DNA of 64,000 nucleotides, taken from the NCBI GenBank assembly GCA_965215365.1, contig CBDCDS010000003.1:224001-288000 (forward strand), in the 5' to 3' direction. Shown here piece by piece: positions 10,929 to 22,281 of the stretch. This DNA is from Gammaproteobacteria bacterium. Lineage in GTDB: Bacteria; Pseudomonadota; Gammaproteobacteria; Eutrophobiales; Eutrophobiaceae. The notes beneath the pieces were generated by a model. It did no database searches. It had not been told where the DNA came from and worked only from the letters and a program-made list of their open reading frames with translations. Each line of letters begins with the position of its first letter. The stretch's first letter is position 1. A program made the translations under genes and the position numbers.

Positions 10929-12518
10929 TCACAAGCTGACCTGTATCGCTTTGTCGATAGCCTCGATGCGGGCCAGTTCATCCATTAACGTATCATCCAG
11001 AGGTGTTGACACCCCCAGCACGGCAATGGCCTGGTCGCTGTCGGACACAATACCCAGTTGCATGCGTGAAATGTTAATGCCGGCCGCGGCCAGAAGATTG
11101 CTGAGGGCGGCGATGACTCCGGGTTGATCAGTATGGCGGGTAACCAGCAGCTGCCCCTCCAGCACGGCCTCGATCTCGTAATCATTGATGCCGACCAGAC
11201 GCGCATACCGGCGCTGGAACAGAGTCCCGATGACCCGGGTTTCACGGTCGCCATGCCGGGCCGACAGGCTGAGCGCGGAGTGGTAATCCGGGTGTTCGCC
11301 GCCGCGAGACTCAATGAGACTCATCCCTTGCTGCTCAGCAATATGTTTTGCATTCACCCGGTTTACTTCCATCGACATGCGGGCGCGCAGCAACCCTACC
11401 AGACCCTCGGTAGCGATGCTGTGCAAATCTCTTTCCGCCGCTTCACCAAACAACGATGCCTCAAAGCGGCGCACCGGCTCCGGGATCAAGTGGCCCAGCA
11501 ATGTCCCCAAGTGCCTGGCCAGCGTCAGATAGGGTTGCAGTTTAACCAGTTCTTCGGACGACACTGCCGGCAGATTGATGGCATTGATGGGTTCGCCGGT
11601 CTTCAGATAAATACAGATCTGCCGGGCTATCCCCAGCCCGGCTGCGGCTTGGGCTTCCCGGGTCGATGCGCCGAGGTGCGGCGTCAACAATACGTTGTCC
11701 AGAGTCAGCAGCGGCGAGTTGTCCGGCGGTTCGCAGGAAAACACATCCAGCGCGGCGCCGGACAAATGTCCGTTCTTTAAGGAGTCATACAACGCGTCTT
11801 CATCGACCAGCCCCCCCCTAGCGCAGTTAATTAGCCGCGCCCCGGGTTTCATGGCGCCGAGCCGGTCGGCATCTATGATGTTGCGGGTCTTGTCATTCAA
11901 TGGGCAATGCAGGCTCACATAGTCGGCCATCTCCAGCAATTCCTCAAGACTGGCCCCGGTGACACCGTCGGTCAGCAACCTTTCTTCAGTCACGAACGGA
12001 TCAAAGGCAAGCACTTGCATTTCCAGCGCCAGCGCCCGCGCCGCCACGATCCTGCCGATGTGGCCGTAACCGATAATTCCCAGGGTCTTGCCGGCCAGTT
12101 CCACCCCCATGAAACGAGTGCGTTCCCAGTGTCCCGCCTTCATTGAGCTGTTGGCCTGGGGCAGATTGCGACTCAAGGAAAACAGATGGGCCAGGGTCAG
12201 TTCCGCCGTAGTCGTTACGTTGGCGTCGGGCGTGTTGAGCACGACAATGCCTCTGCCGGTGGCATGTTGCACGTCGATATTATCAACGCCGATGCCGGCC
12301 CTGCCGATGACTTCGAGCCGCGCAGCCGCATCTATGACCTTGGCCGTTATAGTGGTGGCGCTACGCACGACAACGGCATGATACTTGCCAATCTGTGCGC
12401 ACAGCGCGGCTTCATCAAGGCCGGTAATGCAGTCCGCGGCAAGCGTGCGCTGCGCGTCCAGGAAGGCCTTGCCTTCCGGCGAGATTTTATCCGCCACTAG
12501 GATGTGTTTTACTGTCAT
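10929..12518 (-). CDS. serA: D-3-phosphoglycerate dehydrogenase (long form with C-terminal regulatory/ACT domains)
   Basis: GRAGIGVDNID, GYGHIG, INCARGG, TPHLGAST, ACT motif DQPGVIA..GINI. Confidence 0.93.
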   Translation of the reverse strand: MTVKHILVADKISPEGKAFLDAQRTLAADCITGLDEAALCAQIGKYHAVVVRSATTITAKVIDAAARLEVIGRAGIGVDNIDVQHATGRGIVVLNTPDANVTTTAELTLAHLFSLSRNLPQANSSMKAGHWERTRFMGVELAGKTLGIIGYGHIGRIVAARALALEMQVLAFDPFVTEERLLTDGVTGASLEELLEMADYVSLHCPLNDKTRNIIDADRLGAMKPGARLINCARGGLVDEDALYDSLKNGHLSGAALDVFSCEPPDNSPLLTLDNVLLTPHLGASTREAQAAAGLGIARQICIYLKTGEPINAINLPAVSSEELVKLQPYLTLARHLGTLLGHLIPEPVRRFEASLFGEAAERDLHSIATEGLVGLLRARMSMEVNRVNAKHIAEQQGMSLIESRGGEHPDYHSALSLSARHGDRETRVIGTLFQRRYARLVGINDYEIEAVLEGQLLVTRHTDQPGVIAALSNLLAAAGINISRMQLGIVSDSDQAIAVLGVSTPLDDTLMDELARIEAIDKAIQVSL

Positions 12519-12564
12519 TATTGACGTCAGTGAAGGGCCAACGGGTGGTTTTATCAGGATGCGG

Positions 12565-13902
12565 TCAGGCGCTGATCAACCTGCCCACATCCTCGGCCAG
12601 TTGCCGCGCGAGCGCCTGCACCTTGCCGGCATCATTGCCCTCGATCATAACCCGCAGCATGGGCTCCGTGCCCGAGGGGCGCAGCAGGACTCGTCCGGGC
12701 TCATCCAGTTGTTGTTCAACTGCTCCGACCATTTTTTCAAGTTCGGGGTAGTCCCGGAGCTGTATCGGTTCGCTCAGCGCTATGTTCAGCAACGTCTGCG
12801 GATATTTGTGCATGCCGCGCTTTAAGGTGTGCAGACTCTCGCCGGTGTCCAGCATGGCGTTGAGTATCTGTAATGCAGAAATGATGCCGTCACCCGTGTC
12901 AGAGAATTTCCGGTTCACGATGTGACCGGACTGCTCCCCGCCCAGCATCAGGTTTCTTTCATCCAGCATTCCGGCAACATAGCGATCGCCTACATTCGCC
13001 CGGTGAAACTCGAAACCCATTTCCTGCAGCGCCTGTTCCAGACCGAGGTTGCTCATCAAGGTGCCGACGACGCCACCGTTAAGCGTTGTGCTCTGGTGTC
13101 GGGCCATGATGTACAGCAATTCGTCGCCATCTACGCGCGCGCCCCGATGGTCAACCATGATTAACCGGTCCCCATCCCCATCCAGTGAGATGCCCGCCGC
13201 TGCGTTTTTTTCGAGGACAAGCTGCTGCACGGCCTCCGGTTTGGTGGCCCCGCACCCATCGTTGATGTTAAATCCGTTCGGCTCCACACCGATGGTATGG
13301 ACTTCGGCGCCCAACTCTTCGAACACTTTCGGTGCAATCCGGTAGGCGGCACCGTTGGCGCAATCGACAACCAGACGCAGCCCGCTTAAATCACAATCGA
13401 CCTTGCTCTTGCAGAACTCAATGTAACGGCGCGGCGCATCCGTGATCCGGCGCGCCTTGCCCAGCTGAGCCGGCGCCACCACCTCTAGCGGCTGGCCCAG
13501 TTGTTTCTCGATCTGTAATTCGACGGTATCAGACAGCTTCCTGCCGTTCCTAGAAAAGATCTTGATGCCGTTATCAGAATAGGGGTTATGGGAGGCACTG
13601 ATGACAATCCCCGCCTCGGCGCGGGTGTTTTTTGTGAGGTAGGCGACGGCCGGGGTGGGTACCGGCCCCAGCAGGCGGATATCGGTGCCGGCGGCGGACA
13701 AACCGGCTTCCAGCGCCGATTCGAACATGTAGCCGGAGACCCGTGTATCCTTACCGATGAGGATGGGGCCGGCGGCTTTTTCATGCAATACCCTGCCGAT
13801 GGCCCAGCCCAGCTTCATGATGAAATCCGGCGTTACCGGCGCGGTACCGACTCGGCCGCGAATGCCGTCGGTGCTGAAATATTTGCGAGAACCGGCAGAC
13901 AA
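12565..13902 (-). CDS. glmM: phosphoglucosamine mutase
   Basis: TDGIRG, GKDTRVSGY, ISASHNP, DGDGDR, RPSGTEP. Confidence 0.95.
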   Translation of the reverse strand: MSAGSRKYFSTDGIRGRVGTAPVTPDFIMKLGWAIGRVLHEKAAGPILIGKDTRVSGYMFESALEAGLSAAGTDIRLLGPVPTPAVAYLTKNTRAEAGIVISASHNPYSDNGIKIFSRNGRKLSDTVELQIEKQLGQPLEVVAPAQLGKARRITDAPRRYIEFCKSKVDCDLSGLRLVVDCANGAAYRIAPKVFEELGAEVHTIGVEPNGFNINDGCGATKPEAVQQLVLEKNAAAGISLDGDGDRLIMVDHRGARVDGDELLYIMARHQSTTLNGGVVGTLMSNLGLEQALQEMGFEFHRANVGDRYVAGMLDERNLMLGGEQSGHIVNRKFSDTGDGIISALQILNAMLDTGESLHTLKRGMHKYPQTLLNIALSEPIQLRDYPELEKMVGAVEQQLDEPGRVLLRPSGTEPMLRVMIEGNDAGKVQALARQLAEDVGRLISA

Positions 13903-13914
13903 CTGCGTCGGACT

Positions 13915-15837
13915 TCAAGCAGCCTGCGGCGGCCCGTCAATGACCGGGCCTTCGACCGGAGCGTCCGCCGGCTGCGTTGTCTCAGCCTCCGCCTGTCTGG
14001 TGCGCGCCTTGCCGTTTTCACCCCAATCCGCCGGCGGGCCGGGTTCTTTTCCTTCCATAATGGTGTCGATCTGCCCCGAATCGATCGTCTCGTATTTGAT
14101 CAATGCCTCAGCCATCAGGTGCAACTTGTCCATATTTGCTTCGAGCAGCTCCTGGGCCTGCTGGTAGTTCTTGTCGATGAGGCGCCGGACCTCCGCGTCT
14201 ATGTCATTTTGCGTTGCCGCAGAGACAGTGGAATGCTTGGTCACGGAGCGGCCCAAAAAGACTTCATCTTCATCTTCCTGATAGGACAGCGGCCCCATCT
14301 TCTCGGACAGGCCCCACTTGGTGACCATGTTTCTGGCCAACTGGGTGGCGCGCTCAATATCGTTGCTGGCGCCGGTCGTCACTGCGTCGTCCCCGAAGAT
14401 CAGACATTCTGCGATACGCCCGCCAAACAGCGAGCAGATCTGGCTCTGCAGATACAGCCGGGAGTAGCTCAGCCGGTCCTGCTCCGGCAGGAACATGGTC
14501 ACACCCAGTGCCCGTCCGCGCGGGATGATGGTAACCTTGTAAACCGGATCGTGCGCCGGCAGCAAGCGGCCCACAATGGCGTGACCGGCTTCATGGTAGG
14601 CAGTGAGCTTCTTTTCTTCATCGGTCATCACCATGGAACGGCGCTCGGCGCCCATCATAACCTTGTCCTTGGCCCGCTCAAATTCTTCCATCTCGACCTT
14701 TTCCTTGTTGGCCCGGGCTGCGAACAAGGCGGCTTCGTTGATCAGGTTGGCCAGATCTGCGCCGGAAAAGCCAGGGGTGCCGCGCGCAATGATGGCGGCG
14801 TCCACATTGTCGCCCAGTGCGATTTTACGCATGTGCACCTTGAGGATTTGCTCACGCCCGCGGATATCCGGTAACGGCACCACCACCTGCCGGTCAAACC
14901 GGCCCGGCCGCAGCAGTGCCGGGTCCAGCACATCAGGCCGGTTGGTGGCGGCAATGACGATGATCCCTTCATTGCCCTCAAACCCGTCCATCTCGACCAA
15001 CAGCTGGTTTAAGGTCTGTTCACGTTCATCATGGCCGCCGCCAAGGCCGGCGCCGCGGTGTCGCCCCACCGCGTCAATTTCGTCGATAAAGATGATACAG
15101 GGCGCGTGTTTCTTGGCCTGCTCGAACATGTCGCGCACCCTGGAGGCGCCGACACCGACGAACATTTCCACAAAATCAGAGCCGGAAATGGTAAAGAACG
15201 GCACCTGCGCCTCGCCGGCTATGGCGCGCGCCAGCAAGGTCTTACCGGTGCCGGGCGACCCCACCAACAGCACACCGCGCGGGATCTTGCCGCCCAGTTT
15301 TTGGAATTTGCCCGGGTCTTTAAGGAATTCGACCAGTTCCACAACCTCTTCCTTAGCTTCCTCGACACCGGCCACATCGTTAAAGGTAATTTTGACCTGG
15401 TCTTCACTCAGCATACGCGCCCGGCTCTTGCCGAACGACAGCGCGCCGCGGCCACCGGTACCGCCTTGCATCTGGCGCATGAAATAAATCCAGATAGCCA
15501 GTAGCAGCAGGATCGGAAACCAGGAAATAAACGCGTGGATCCAGAACGAATTGCGGCCCGGCCCGGCGCCGAGCACCTCCACATTGTTCTCCAGCAGGGT
15601 GCCGATCAAGGCTTCGTTGCTGGTTTCCGGGCTGTAGGTATTAAAGCGGGCACCATCGACAAACTGGCCGGAGATATCGCGCTCCTCAATGGTGACGGAC
15701 ACCACCTTGCCTGTTTTAACATCCAGGATAAATTCTGAATAGGGAATGGTATTACTGGCGGTTCTGACCCCGAAGTTCTGAAATACCGTCATCAGCACCA
15801 GGGCAATGACCACCCACAACAATATACTTTTCAACAT
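13915..15837 (-). CDS. ftsH: ATP-dependent zinc metalloprotease FtsH
   Basis: Two TM segments, [22 protein letters not shown]. Confidence 0.97.
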   Translation of the reverse strand: MLKSILLWVVIALVLMTVFQNFGVRTASNTIPYSEFILDVKTGKVVSVTIEERDISGQFVDGARFNTYSPETSNEALIGTLLENNVEVLGAGPGRNSFWIHAFISWFPILLLLAIWIYFMRQMQGGTGGRGALSFGKSRARMLSEDQVKITFNDVAGVEEAKEEVVELVEFLKDPGKFQKLGGKIPRGVLLVGSPGTGKTLLARAIAGEAQVPFFTISGSDFVEMFVGVGASRVRDMFEQAKKHAPCIIFIDEIDAVGRHRGAGLGGGHDEREQTLNQLLVEMDGFEGNEGIIVIAATNRPDVLDPALLRPGRFDRQVVVPLPDIRGREQILKVHMRKIALGDNVDAAIIARGTPGFSGADLANLINEAALFAARANKEKVEMEEFERAKDKVMMGAERRSMVMTDEEKKLTAYHEAGHAIVGRLLPAHDPVYKVTIIPRGRALGVTMFLPEQDRLSYSRLYLQSQICSLFGGRIAECLIFGDDAVTTGASNDIERATQLARNMVTKWGLSEKMGPLSYQEDEDEVFLGRSVTKHSTVSAATQNDIDAEVRRLIDKNYQQAQELLEANMDKLHLMAEALIKYETIDSGQIDTIMEGKEPGPPADWGENGKARTRQAEAETTQPADAPVEGPVIDGPPQAA

Positions 15838-15867
15838 AATGTAAGTTTTCCTTATATCGTAAACCGT

Positions 15868-16491
15868 CTACATGCTTGTAGACGCATAGCCTTTCGCCAA
15901 CAGATATACCTCGCTGGAAGTCGCCCGCGAAGCCCGTGGCTTTGCCAGTATAACGCTATCGAACTGCTCATTCAATTGCTTTCTGAAATCGGCAACGTCG
16001 CGGCTCTGAAACAATTTGACCAGCAAATGCCCGCGCGCCTTGAGTGCCGCATAACCGAATTGTGCGGCGGTTTCTGCCAGCTCCAGGCTGTTGGCCTGAT
16101 CTGCGCTGGCTATACCTGTCAAGTTGGGGGCCATATCGGAAATTACAAGGTCGGCGCCGGCTTCATCCAGCTCGGCCAGGCAGCGCCGGCGGCTGTCGGC
16201 GTGCGTGAGGTCGCAACGCAGGCAGGTGACACCAGCCAGGGGTTGCATCGCCAGCATGTCAATGGCAATGACGGCGCCGCCGGGATTGACTTTCCGGCTT
16301 GCGTAAGCCGACCAGCTGCCCGGGGCGGCGCCTAGGTCAACGACCGTCTGGCCCGGACGGAACAGGCGGTAGCGCCGGTCCAGCTCCTCCAGCTTGAATA
16401 CTGCGCGCGAGCGCAGCTGCCGGTTGCGGGCCTGGTTGACGTAGCGGTCGCGGTGGTGTTCCTGCAACCAGCGCTTGCTGCTTTTTGACAT
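15868..16491 (-). CDS. rlmE: 23S rRNA Um2552 methyltransferase
   Basis: RSRAVFKL, DLGAAPGSW, SDMAPN, SSEVY; upstream of ftsH. Confidence 0.95.
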   Translation of the reverse strand: MSKSSKRWLQEHHRDRYVNQARNRQLRSRAVFKLEELDRRYRLFRPGQTVVDLGAAPGSWSAYASRKVNPGGAVIAIDMLAMQPLAGVTCLRCDLTHADSRRRCLAELDEAGADLVISDMAPNLTGIASADQANSLELAETAAQFGYAALKARGHLLVKLFQSRDVADFRKQLNEQFDSVILAKPRASRATSSEVYLLAKGYASTSM

Positions 16492-16561
16492 TTGACGGGT
16501 GGGGTCAGGGTGACAGGCGCCGCTACGAACCTGCGGCGCCTGTTACTCCGATACCATAAAC

Positions 16562-17041
16562 TCAACCGCTGTAAGCGACCGACAGGACTTCATATTCGAT
16601 GATGCCGCCGGGGGCATTGACTTCGATGACGTCGCCCGTTGCCTTACCGATCATGGCGCGGGCGATGGGAGCAGTGACAGACAGTAACCCCTGCTCTATA
16701 TCCGCTTCCTTCTCGCCGACGATCTGGTAGCGCACTTCCTGCTCACTGTGCAGGTTGAATAACTCGACCGTTGCGCCAAAGACGATTTTACCGCCGGCAT
16801 CGATCTTCGTCACGTCGATGATTTCCGCCGTGGCTAGGGCATCCTCTATACTTGCGATGCGCCCCTCGATAAAACCCTGACGCTCGCGCGCAGCATGGTA
16901 CTCGGCATTTTCACTCAAATCGCCGTGCGCCCTGGCTTCCGCGATGGCCTCGATGATTTTCGGCCGCTCGACCGATTTCAGTTGCTCCAGTTGTTGGCGC
17001 AAGCGCTCGGCGCCATTGGCAGTCATAGGAATTCTGTTCAT
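16562..17041 (-). CDS. greA: transcription elongation factor GreA
   Basis: [14 protein letters not shown] motif. Confidence 0.96.
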   Translation of the reverse strand: MNRIPMTANGAERLRQQLEQLKSVERPKIIEAIAEARAHGDLSENAEYHAARERQGFIEGRIASIEDALATAEIIDVTKIDAGGKIVFGATVELFNLHSEQEVRYQIVGEKEADIEQGLLSVTAPIARAMIGKATGDVIEVNAPGGIIEYEVLSVAYSG

Positions 17042-20000
17042 TTTAGCAGTTCTCCATGCAAATCCTGCAGCGCGCGGATGTTATCGACCTGAGTATCGCC
17101 CAGCGCCGCGAGGATAGCCTTAGCGCCGGCGACGGTAGTGGTATAAAAGACCTTGTGCCGGATGGCGGTGGTCCTGATGAAATGGGAGTCCTTGATCGCC
17201 TGTCGGCCTTCAGTGGTGTTGACGATGAGACTGATTTCATCGTTTTTCAGCATATCGACGATATGCGGGTGACCGTCGGCGACCTTGTTCACCCTGGCGC
17301 AGTCCACCCCGGTCTGGCGGATGGCCGCGGCCGTGCCGGCGGTGGCACACAGGCTGAAACCGGCCGCAACAAAGTCGCCGGCAAGCTGTTGCGCCTCGGC
17401 CTTGTCTTTATCACGCACACTGATAAACACGACACCCCGGTGCGGAATTTCCTGGTTGGTGGCCAGTACCGCCTTGTTGTAGGCTTCACCGAAGCTGCTG
17501 CCGATACCCATGACCTCGCCGGTGGACTTCATTTCGGGGCCCAAAATGGGATCGACGCCAGGAAACTTGATGAACGGGAATACGGCTTCCTTGATGGAAT
17601 AAAAATTCGGTTTGGCAACGGCGCTCACCCCCTGCGCGGCCAGACTCTCGCCGGCCATGCAACGGGCCGCGATACGGGCCAGCGGCACGCCTGTCGCCTT
17701 GGAGACATAAGGCACGGTGCGGGAGGCGCGCGGGTTGACCTCCAGCACAAACACCGTATCACCCTGGATGGCGAATTGCGCGTTCATCAGGCCGCATACG
17801 TTCAGGCTGCGCGCCATGCGTTCGACCTGCTCGGCCAGCCGTTGCTGCATGGCCTCAGTCAAACTGAACGGCGGCAGCGAGCAGGCCGAATCGCCGGAAT
17901 GGATACCGGCCTGTTCAATGTGCTCCATGATACCGCCGATGACCACGTCTGTGCCGTCGGCGACGGCGTCCACATCCACCTCAATGGCCTTGTCCAGGAA
18001 CCGGTCCAGCAGCACCGGGGAGTCGTTGGAAACCGCCACGGCCCGGGACAGGTACTCTTTCAGGTCGGTGTCGCTATAGACGATTTCCATGGCGCGTCCA
18101 CCCAGCACATAGGAAGGCCGCACTACAATGGGATAGCCGATTTCCTGCGCCTGCTGCAACGCCTGCGGCAGGTTCCTGACAGTACGGTTGGACGGCTGTT
18201 GCAAATCTAACTGCTGCAACAGGCGCTGGAAACGTTCCCGGTCTTCCGCCAGATCTATCGAATCCGGGCTGGTGCCGATAATGGGCGCGCCGGCGGCCTC
18301 CAAGGCACGCGCCAGTTTCAGCGGCGTCTGACCGCCGAACTGCACGATGACCCCGCGCGGCTGTTCCACGTGGATGATTTCCAGCACATTCTCCAGTGTC
18401 AACGGCTCGAAGTAGAGCCGGTCGGAGGTATCGTAATCCGTGGACACGGTTTCCGGGTTACAGTTGACCATGATGGATTCCAGCCCCAGATCGCGTATTG
18501 CGAATGCGGCCTGCACACAGCAATAATCGAACTCAATGCCCTGGCCGATGCGGTTGGGACCGCCACCAAGCACCATGATCTTGTCCCTGGCACTGGGGTT
18601 GGCTTCACACTCTTCGTCATAAGTGGAGTACATATAAGCCGTGCTCGCGGGGAACTCTGCGGCGCAGGAGTCGACGCGCTTGTACACAGGCCGGATATCC
18701 AGTTCATGGCGCCGCTGCCTGACCGCGGCCTCAGCCACGCCCAGCAACGCGGCCAAGCGGCTGTCCGCAAAACCTTTTTGCTTGAGGCGATACAGGCATT
18801 CATGTGCAAGGGCGCGCACGTCAGCGCCGCGCAGGCGCCGCTCTTCATCGATCAAGTCCTGTATCTGCGCCAGGAACCAGGGGTCGATATGTGACAGGGC
18901 ATGAACCCGGTCCAAATCCATGCCGTGGCGGAACGCCTCGCCCACGTAGAGCAGCCGCTCCGCGCCGGGGTTCTGCAACTCGTGGGCGATGCCGAGCTGG
19001 TTTTCCTCACGCACTTCATCATACCGGTTGACAAACCCGTCCACGCCCGTTTCTAGGCCGCGCAAGGCCTTGTGCACGGATTCCTGGAAGGTCCTGCCGA
19101 TGGCCATCACCTCCCCTACGGATTTCATCTGGGTGGTGAGTTGGGCGTTGGCCTGAGGGAACTTCTCAAAGGTAAAGCGAGGGATCTTGGTGACAATATA
19201 ATCAATGGTCGGCTCGAATGAGGCCGGTGTGGCACCGCCGGTAATCTCGTTATCAAGCTCATCGAGGGTGTAGCCGACGGCCAGTTTCGCCGCCACCCGG
19301 GCGATGGGAAACCCGGTTGCCTTGGAAGCCAATGCCGACGAGCGGGAGACGCGCGGGTTCATTTCTATGATGAGCAGGCGACCGTCGGCGGGATTGACGG
19401 CAAACTGCACGTTGGAACCGCCGGTATCCACCCCGATCTCGCGCAACACCGCAATGGAGGCGTCGCGCATCAGCTGGTATTCCTTGTCGGTCAGGGTCAG
19501 CGCCGGCGCCACGGTGATCGAATCGCCGGTATGCACCCCCATGGCGTCCACGTTTTCGATGGAGCAAACGATGATGCAGTTGTCCTTGCGGTCGCGCACC
19601 ACTTCCATCTCAAACTCCTTCCAGCCCACCACAGATTGTTCGACCAGAATTTCACTAGTGGGGGAGGCTTCTAGGCCGCGCTCGCAAATTTCGATAAACT
19701 CCTCCCTGTTCCAAGCCACACCGCCGCCGCTGCCGCCTAAGGTGAATGACGGGCGAATGATGGTGGGGTAGCCGATTTGACGCTGAATCTCAAGGGCTGT
19801 ATCAAGGTCATGCGCCAGCTCCGATTCGGCCATCTCCAGCCCTATCTTGTGCATGGCGTGGCGGAATTTCTCCCGATCTTCGGCCTTGTCTATGGCTTCC
19901 TTGTCGGCGCCGATCATTTCCACGTTGCAGGCGTCCAGCACGCCATGGCGGTCCAGGTCCAAGGCCGTATTCAGGCCGGTCTGCCCGCCCATGGTCGGCA

Positions 20001-20259
20001 ACAGCGCCTGCGGGCGTTCCTGCTCAATAATTTTTGCCACCGTCTGCCAGCGCACCGGTTCGATGTAAGTGGCATCCGCCATCTCCGGGTCGGTCATGAT
20101 GGTAGCCGGGTTGGAATTGACCAAAATCACCCGGTAACCTTCCTCGCGCAACGCCTTGCAGGCTTGCGCGCCGGAATAGTCGAACTCACAGGCCTGACCG
20201 ATGACGATAGGCCCGGCGCCGATGATCAGAATACTTTCTATGTCAGTTCGTTTAGGCAT
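17038..20259 (-). CDS. carB: carbamoyl-phosphate synthase large subunit
   Basis: [24 protein letters not shown]; duplicated ATP-grasp; MGS domain. Confidence 0.98.
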   Translation of the reverse strand: MPKRTDIESILIIGAGPIVIGQACEFDYSGAQACKALREEGYRVILVNSNPATIMTDPEMADATYIEPVRWQTVAKIIEQERPQALLPTMGGQTGLNTALDLDRHGVLDACNVEMIGADKEAIDKAEDREKFRHAMHKIGLEMAESELAHDLDTALEIQRQIGYPTIIRPSFTLGGSGGGVAWNREEFIEICERGLEASPTSEILVEQSVVGWKEFEMEVVRDRKDNCIIVCSIENVDAMGVHTGDSITVAPALTLTDKEYQLMRDASIAVLREIGVDTGGSNVQFAVNPADGRLLIIEMNPRVSRSSALASKATGFPIARVAAKLAVGYTLDELDNEITGGATPASFEPTIDYIVTKIPRFTFEKFPQANAQLTTQMKSVGEVMAIGRTFQESVHKALRGLETGVDGFVNRYDEVREENQLGIAHELQNPGAERLLYVGEAFRHGMDLDRVHALSHIDPWFLAQIQDLIDEERRLRGADVRALAHECLYRLKQKGFADSRLAALLGVAEAAVRQRRHELDIRPVYKRVDSCAAEFPASTAYMYSTYDEECEANPSARDKIMVLGGGPNRIGQGIEFDYCCVQAAFAIRDLGLESIMVNCNPETVSTDYDTSDRLYFEPLTLENVLEIIHVEQPRGVIVQFGGQTPLKLARALEAAGAPIIGTSPDSIDLAEDRERFQRLLQQLDLQQPSNRTVRNLPQALQQAQEIGYPIVVRPSYVLGGRAMEIVYSDTDLKEYLSRAVAVSNDSPVLLDRFLDKAIEVDVDAVADGTDVVIGGIMEHIEQAGIHSGDSACSLPPFSLTEAMQQRLAEQVERMARSLNVCGLMNAQFAIQGDTVFVLEVNPRASRTVPYVSKATGVPLARIAARCMAGESLAAQGVSAVAKPNFYSIKEAVFPFIKFPGVDPILGPEMKSTGEVMGIGSSFGEAYNKAVLATNQEIPHRGVVFISVRDKDKAEAQQLAGDFVAAGFSLCATAGTAAAIRQTGVDCARVNKVADGHPHIVDMLKNDEISLIVNTTEGRQAIKDSHFIRTTAIRHKVFYTTTVAGAKAILAALGDTQVDNIRALQDLHGELLK

Positions 20260-20280
20260 TTATATCAGGTCAGGCACTGG

Positions 20281-20384
20281 CAGATTGGCGTGGTCTTTTC
20301 AAGACTGGTCGGCAGCCAGGACGGCTGCCGCAAAGCATACCGGGAAGTATCCACAGCGTGTCTTGAAAAGGCTACGCCAACCTG
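20281..20384. repeat. ~104-bp structured palindromic element (REP/MITE-like) between carA and carB
   Basis: 25-bp imperfect outer IR (20281-20305 / 20360-20384) enclosing hairpins CGGCAGCC/GGCTGCCG and ATAC/GTAT. Confidence 0.6.
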
Positions 20385-20393
20385 TTTTTAAGA

Positions 20394-21524
20394 TCATTCG
20401 GATGCACCCATGAGGCTCATAAAGTGGTCGAACAACGGCTTGATGTCGTGCGGACCGGGGCTGGCCTCGGGGTGGCCCTGGAAGCCGAAGGCCGGTTGTT
20501 CCCGGTGCTCGATACCTTGCACGGTGCCGTCGAACAACGACCGGTGTGTAACCACCAAGGTGTCGGGGATGGATGCTTCTGCTACGGTGAAGCCATGGTT
20601 CTGACTGGTGATCATCACCTTGCCGGTGGCCAGTTCCTGCACCGGATGGTTGCCGCCATGGTGGCCGAACTTCATCTTCACCGTTTCCGCCCCACAGGCC
20701 AGCCCCAGCAACTGGTGCCCCAGACAGATGCCGAAGGTGGGCATGCCTGCGGCCACAATGTCGCGAATGGCGTCGATGGCGTAAGCGCAGGGTTCCGGGT
20801 CGCCGGGACCGTTGGACAGGAACACGCCGTCCGGCGCGCGGGACAGTATCTCTTGCGCCGGGGTGGTAGCCGGCACGACTTCCAGTTCACAACCCAGCTC
20901 AGCGAAGATGCGCAGGATATTTCTTTTCACCCCGAAGTCCATGGCCACGACCTTACGCGTCGGCGCTGCGTCCGGTGTTGTATAACCCGCCCCCAGAGAC
21001 CAAACCCCTTCCTGCCAACGGTAATGCTGTGACGTGGTGACCTCTTGCGCCAGATCCATCCCCTTTAAGCCGGGAAAACCTCGGGCCAATTCCAATGCCC
21101 GTACTGCGTCCGGTTGCTGCCCGGTCAGGATACAGCCGTCCTGCGCGCCCTGATCCCGCAGCAGGCGGGTCAGCCGCCGGGTATCGATATTGGCGATGGC
21201 AACGACCCCGTTAGCCGCCAGATAATCAGTAAGAGACTGCTCACTGCGCCAGTTGCTCAGCCGGTACGGCGCCTGCTTGATAACCATGCCGGCGGCATAA
21301 ACCCGGTCGGATTCCGTATCTTCCCGGTTCGCGCCCACGTTCCCGATCTGCGGCTGGGTAAAAGTGATAATCTGGCGACAATAGGACGGGTCGGTAAGAA
21401 TCTCCTGATAACCGGTGCTCGAAGTATTAAACACCACCTCCCCCACCGCGGTGCCGTCCACGCCGATGGAATCACCATAAAACAGACTACCGTCCGCCAA
21501 CGCCAGCAACGCCGAATGACCCAA
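20394..21524 (-). CDS. carA: carbamoyl-phosphate synthase small subunit
   Basis: [27 protein letters not shown]; TTG start at 21524 after GGAGG. Confidence 0.96.
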   Translation of the reverse strand: MGHSALLALADGSLFYGDSIGVDGTAVGEVVFNTSSTGYQEILTDPSYCRQIITFTQPQIGNVGANREDTESDRVYAAGMVIKQAPYRLSNWRSEQSLTDYLAANGVVAIANIDTRRLTRLLRDQGAQDGCILTGQQPDAVRALELARGFPGLKGMDLAQEVTTSQHYRWQEGVWSLGAGYTTPDAAPTRKVVAMDFGVKRNILRIFAELGCELEVVPATTPAQEILSRAPDGVFLSNGPGDPEPCAYAIDAIRDIVAAGMPTFGICLGHQLLGLACGAETVKMKFGHHGGNHPVQELATGKVMITSQNHGFTVAEASIPDTLVVTHRSLFDGTVQGIEHREQPAFGFQGHPEASPGPHDIKPLFDHFMSLMGASE

Positions 21525-21551
21525 AAAAACCTCCGCCGAAGTAACACACAT

Positions 21552-21629
21552 ACAAAACGGGAGCAACCTGCTGATTACTCCCGCTTGCCGATGGCGTGTA
21601 GTGTACTAAATTGAGGGGTCGGGTGTCGA
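21552..21629 (-). promoter_or_regulatory. putative carA promoter and leader terminator/attenuator
   Basis: TCGACA-18-TACACT, then stem GCGGGAGTAA/TTGCTCCCGT followed by TTTGT. Confidence 0.5.
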
Positions 21630-21710
21630 TTGGTTTTTCGATGGAAAAAATTAAACAACGGCTCAGAGGTCATCTTGATAGCAAATATATTTTGCATCAT
21701 CATGTATCGC

Positions 21711-21950
21711 ATGCGTACAACGGTAACATTGGAGCCTGAAACAGAACGCTTGCTTCGTGAAGCGATGCATCAGCGCGGGCAAAGCTTCAAGGAAGCGTTA
21801 AACTAGGCCGTTACCAGGGGGCTTGCGGACTTGCTTAGCGATACGGATAAAACGCCTTTTGTCCAGCCGTCATTTCCTATGGGTCTGCGCGCCGGTCACG
21901 ACCCCGCCCCTCAATGATGACATGGAAGTGGATGCTTTCCTTAGTTCTTG
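21711..21950 (+). pseudogene. VapB/CopG-like antitoxin pseudogene
   Basis: MRTTVTLEPETERLLREAMHQRGQSFKEALN*(TAG 21804)AVTRGL.. then frameshift to LNDDMEVDAFL; no toxin gene follows. Confidence 0.65.
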
Positions 21951-22042
21951 TATTCTGCTGTATTTCTGTTAGACTTCAGTGCCTTTTTGTAACTGCGTGA
22001 CTGCCGGCCTGCTCCGGGGTGTCCGCATAAACAGGAGCTTCT

Positions 22043-22258
22043 ATGCCCAGTGTAAAAGTAAAAGAGAACGAACCATTCGATTTCGCCCTGCGCCGTTTCA
22101 AGCGCGCCTGTGAAAAAGCCGGTATCCTGGCCGAAGTGCATCGGCGTGAATTTTATGAAAAACCCACCCAGATGAGAAAAAGAAAGGCTGCTGCCGCGGT
22201 CAAACGCCACCAGAAGCGCCAGGGACGCTCCGGCCCCCGGCCTGTCAGACAATATTGA
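22043..22258 (+). CDS. rpsU: 30S ribosomal protein S21
   Basis: [21 protein letters not shown]. Confidence 0.97.
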   Translation: MPSVKVKENEPFDFALRRFKRACEKAGILAEVHRREFYEKPTQMRKRKAAAAVKRHQKRQGRSGPRPVRQY

Positions 22259-22281
22259 ACTTTTCCAGCCGTTGACTGCCC

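Noticed and set aside
13588-14874. Long antisense ORFs (also 17056-18210, 30389-31393, 37506-38753, 50757-51980)
   Set aside because: Shadow frames of well-supported genes in GC-rich DNA, with no motifs.
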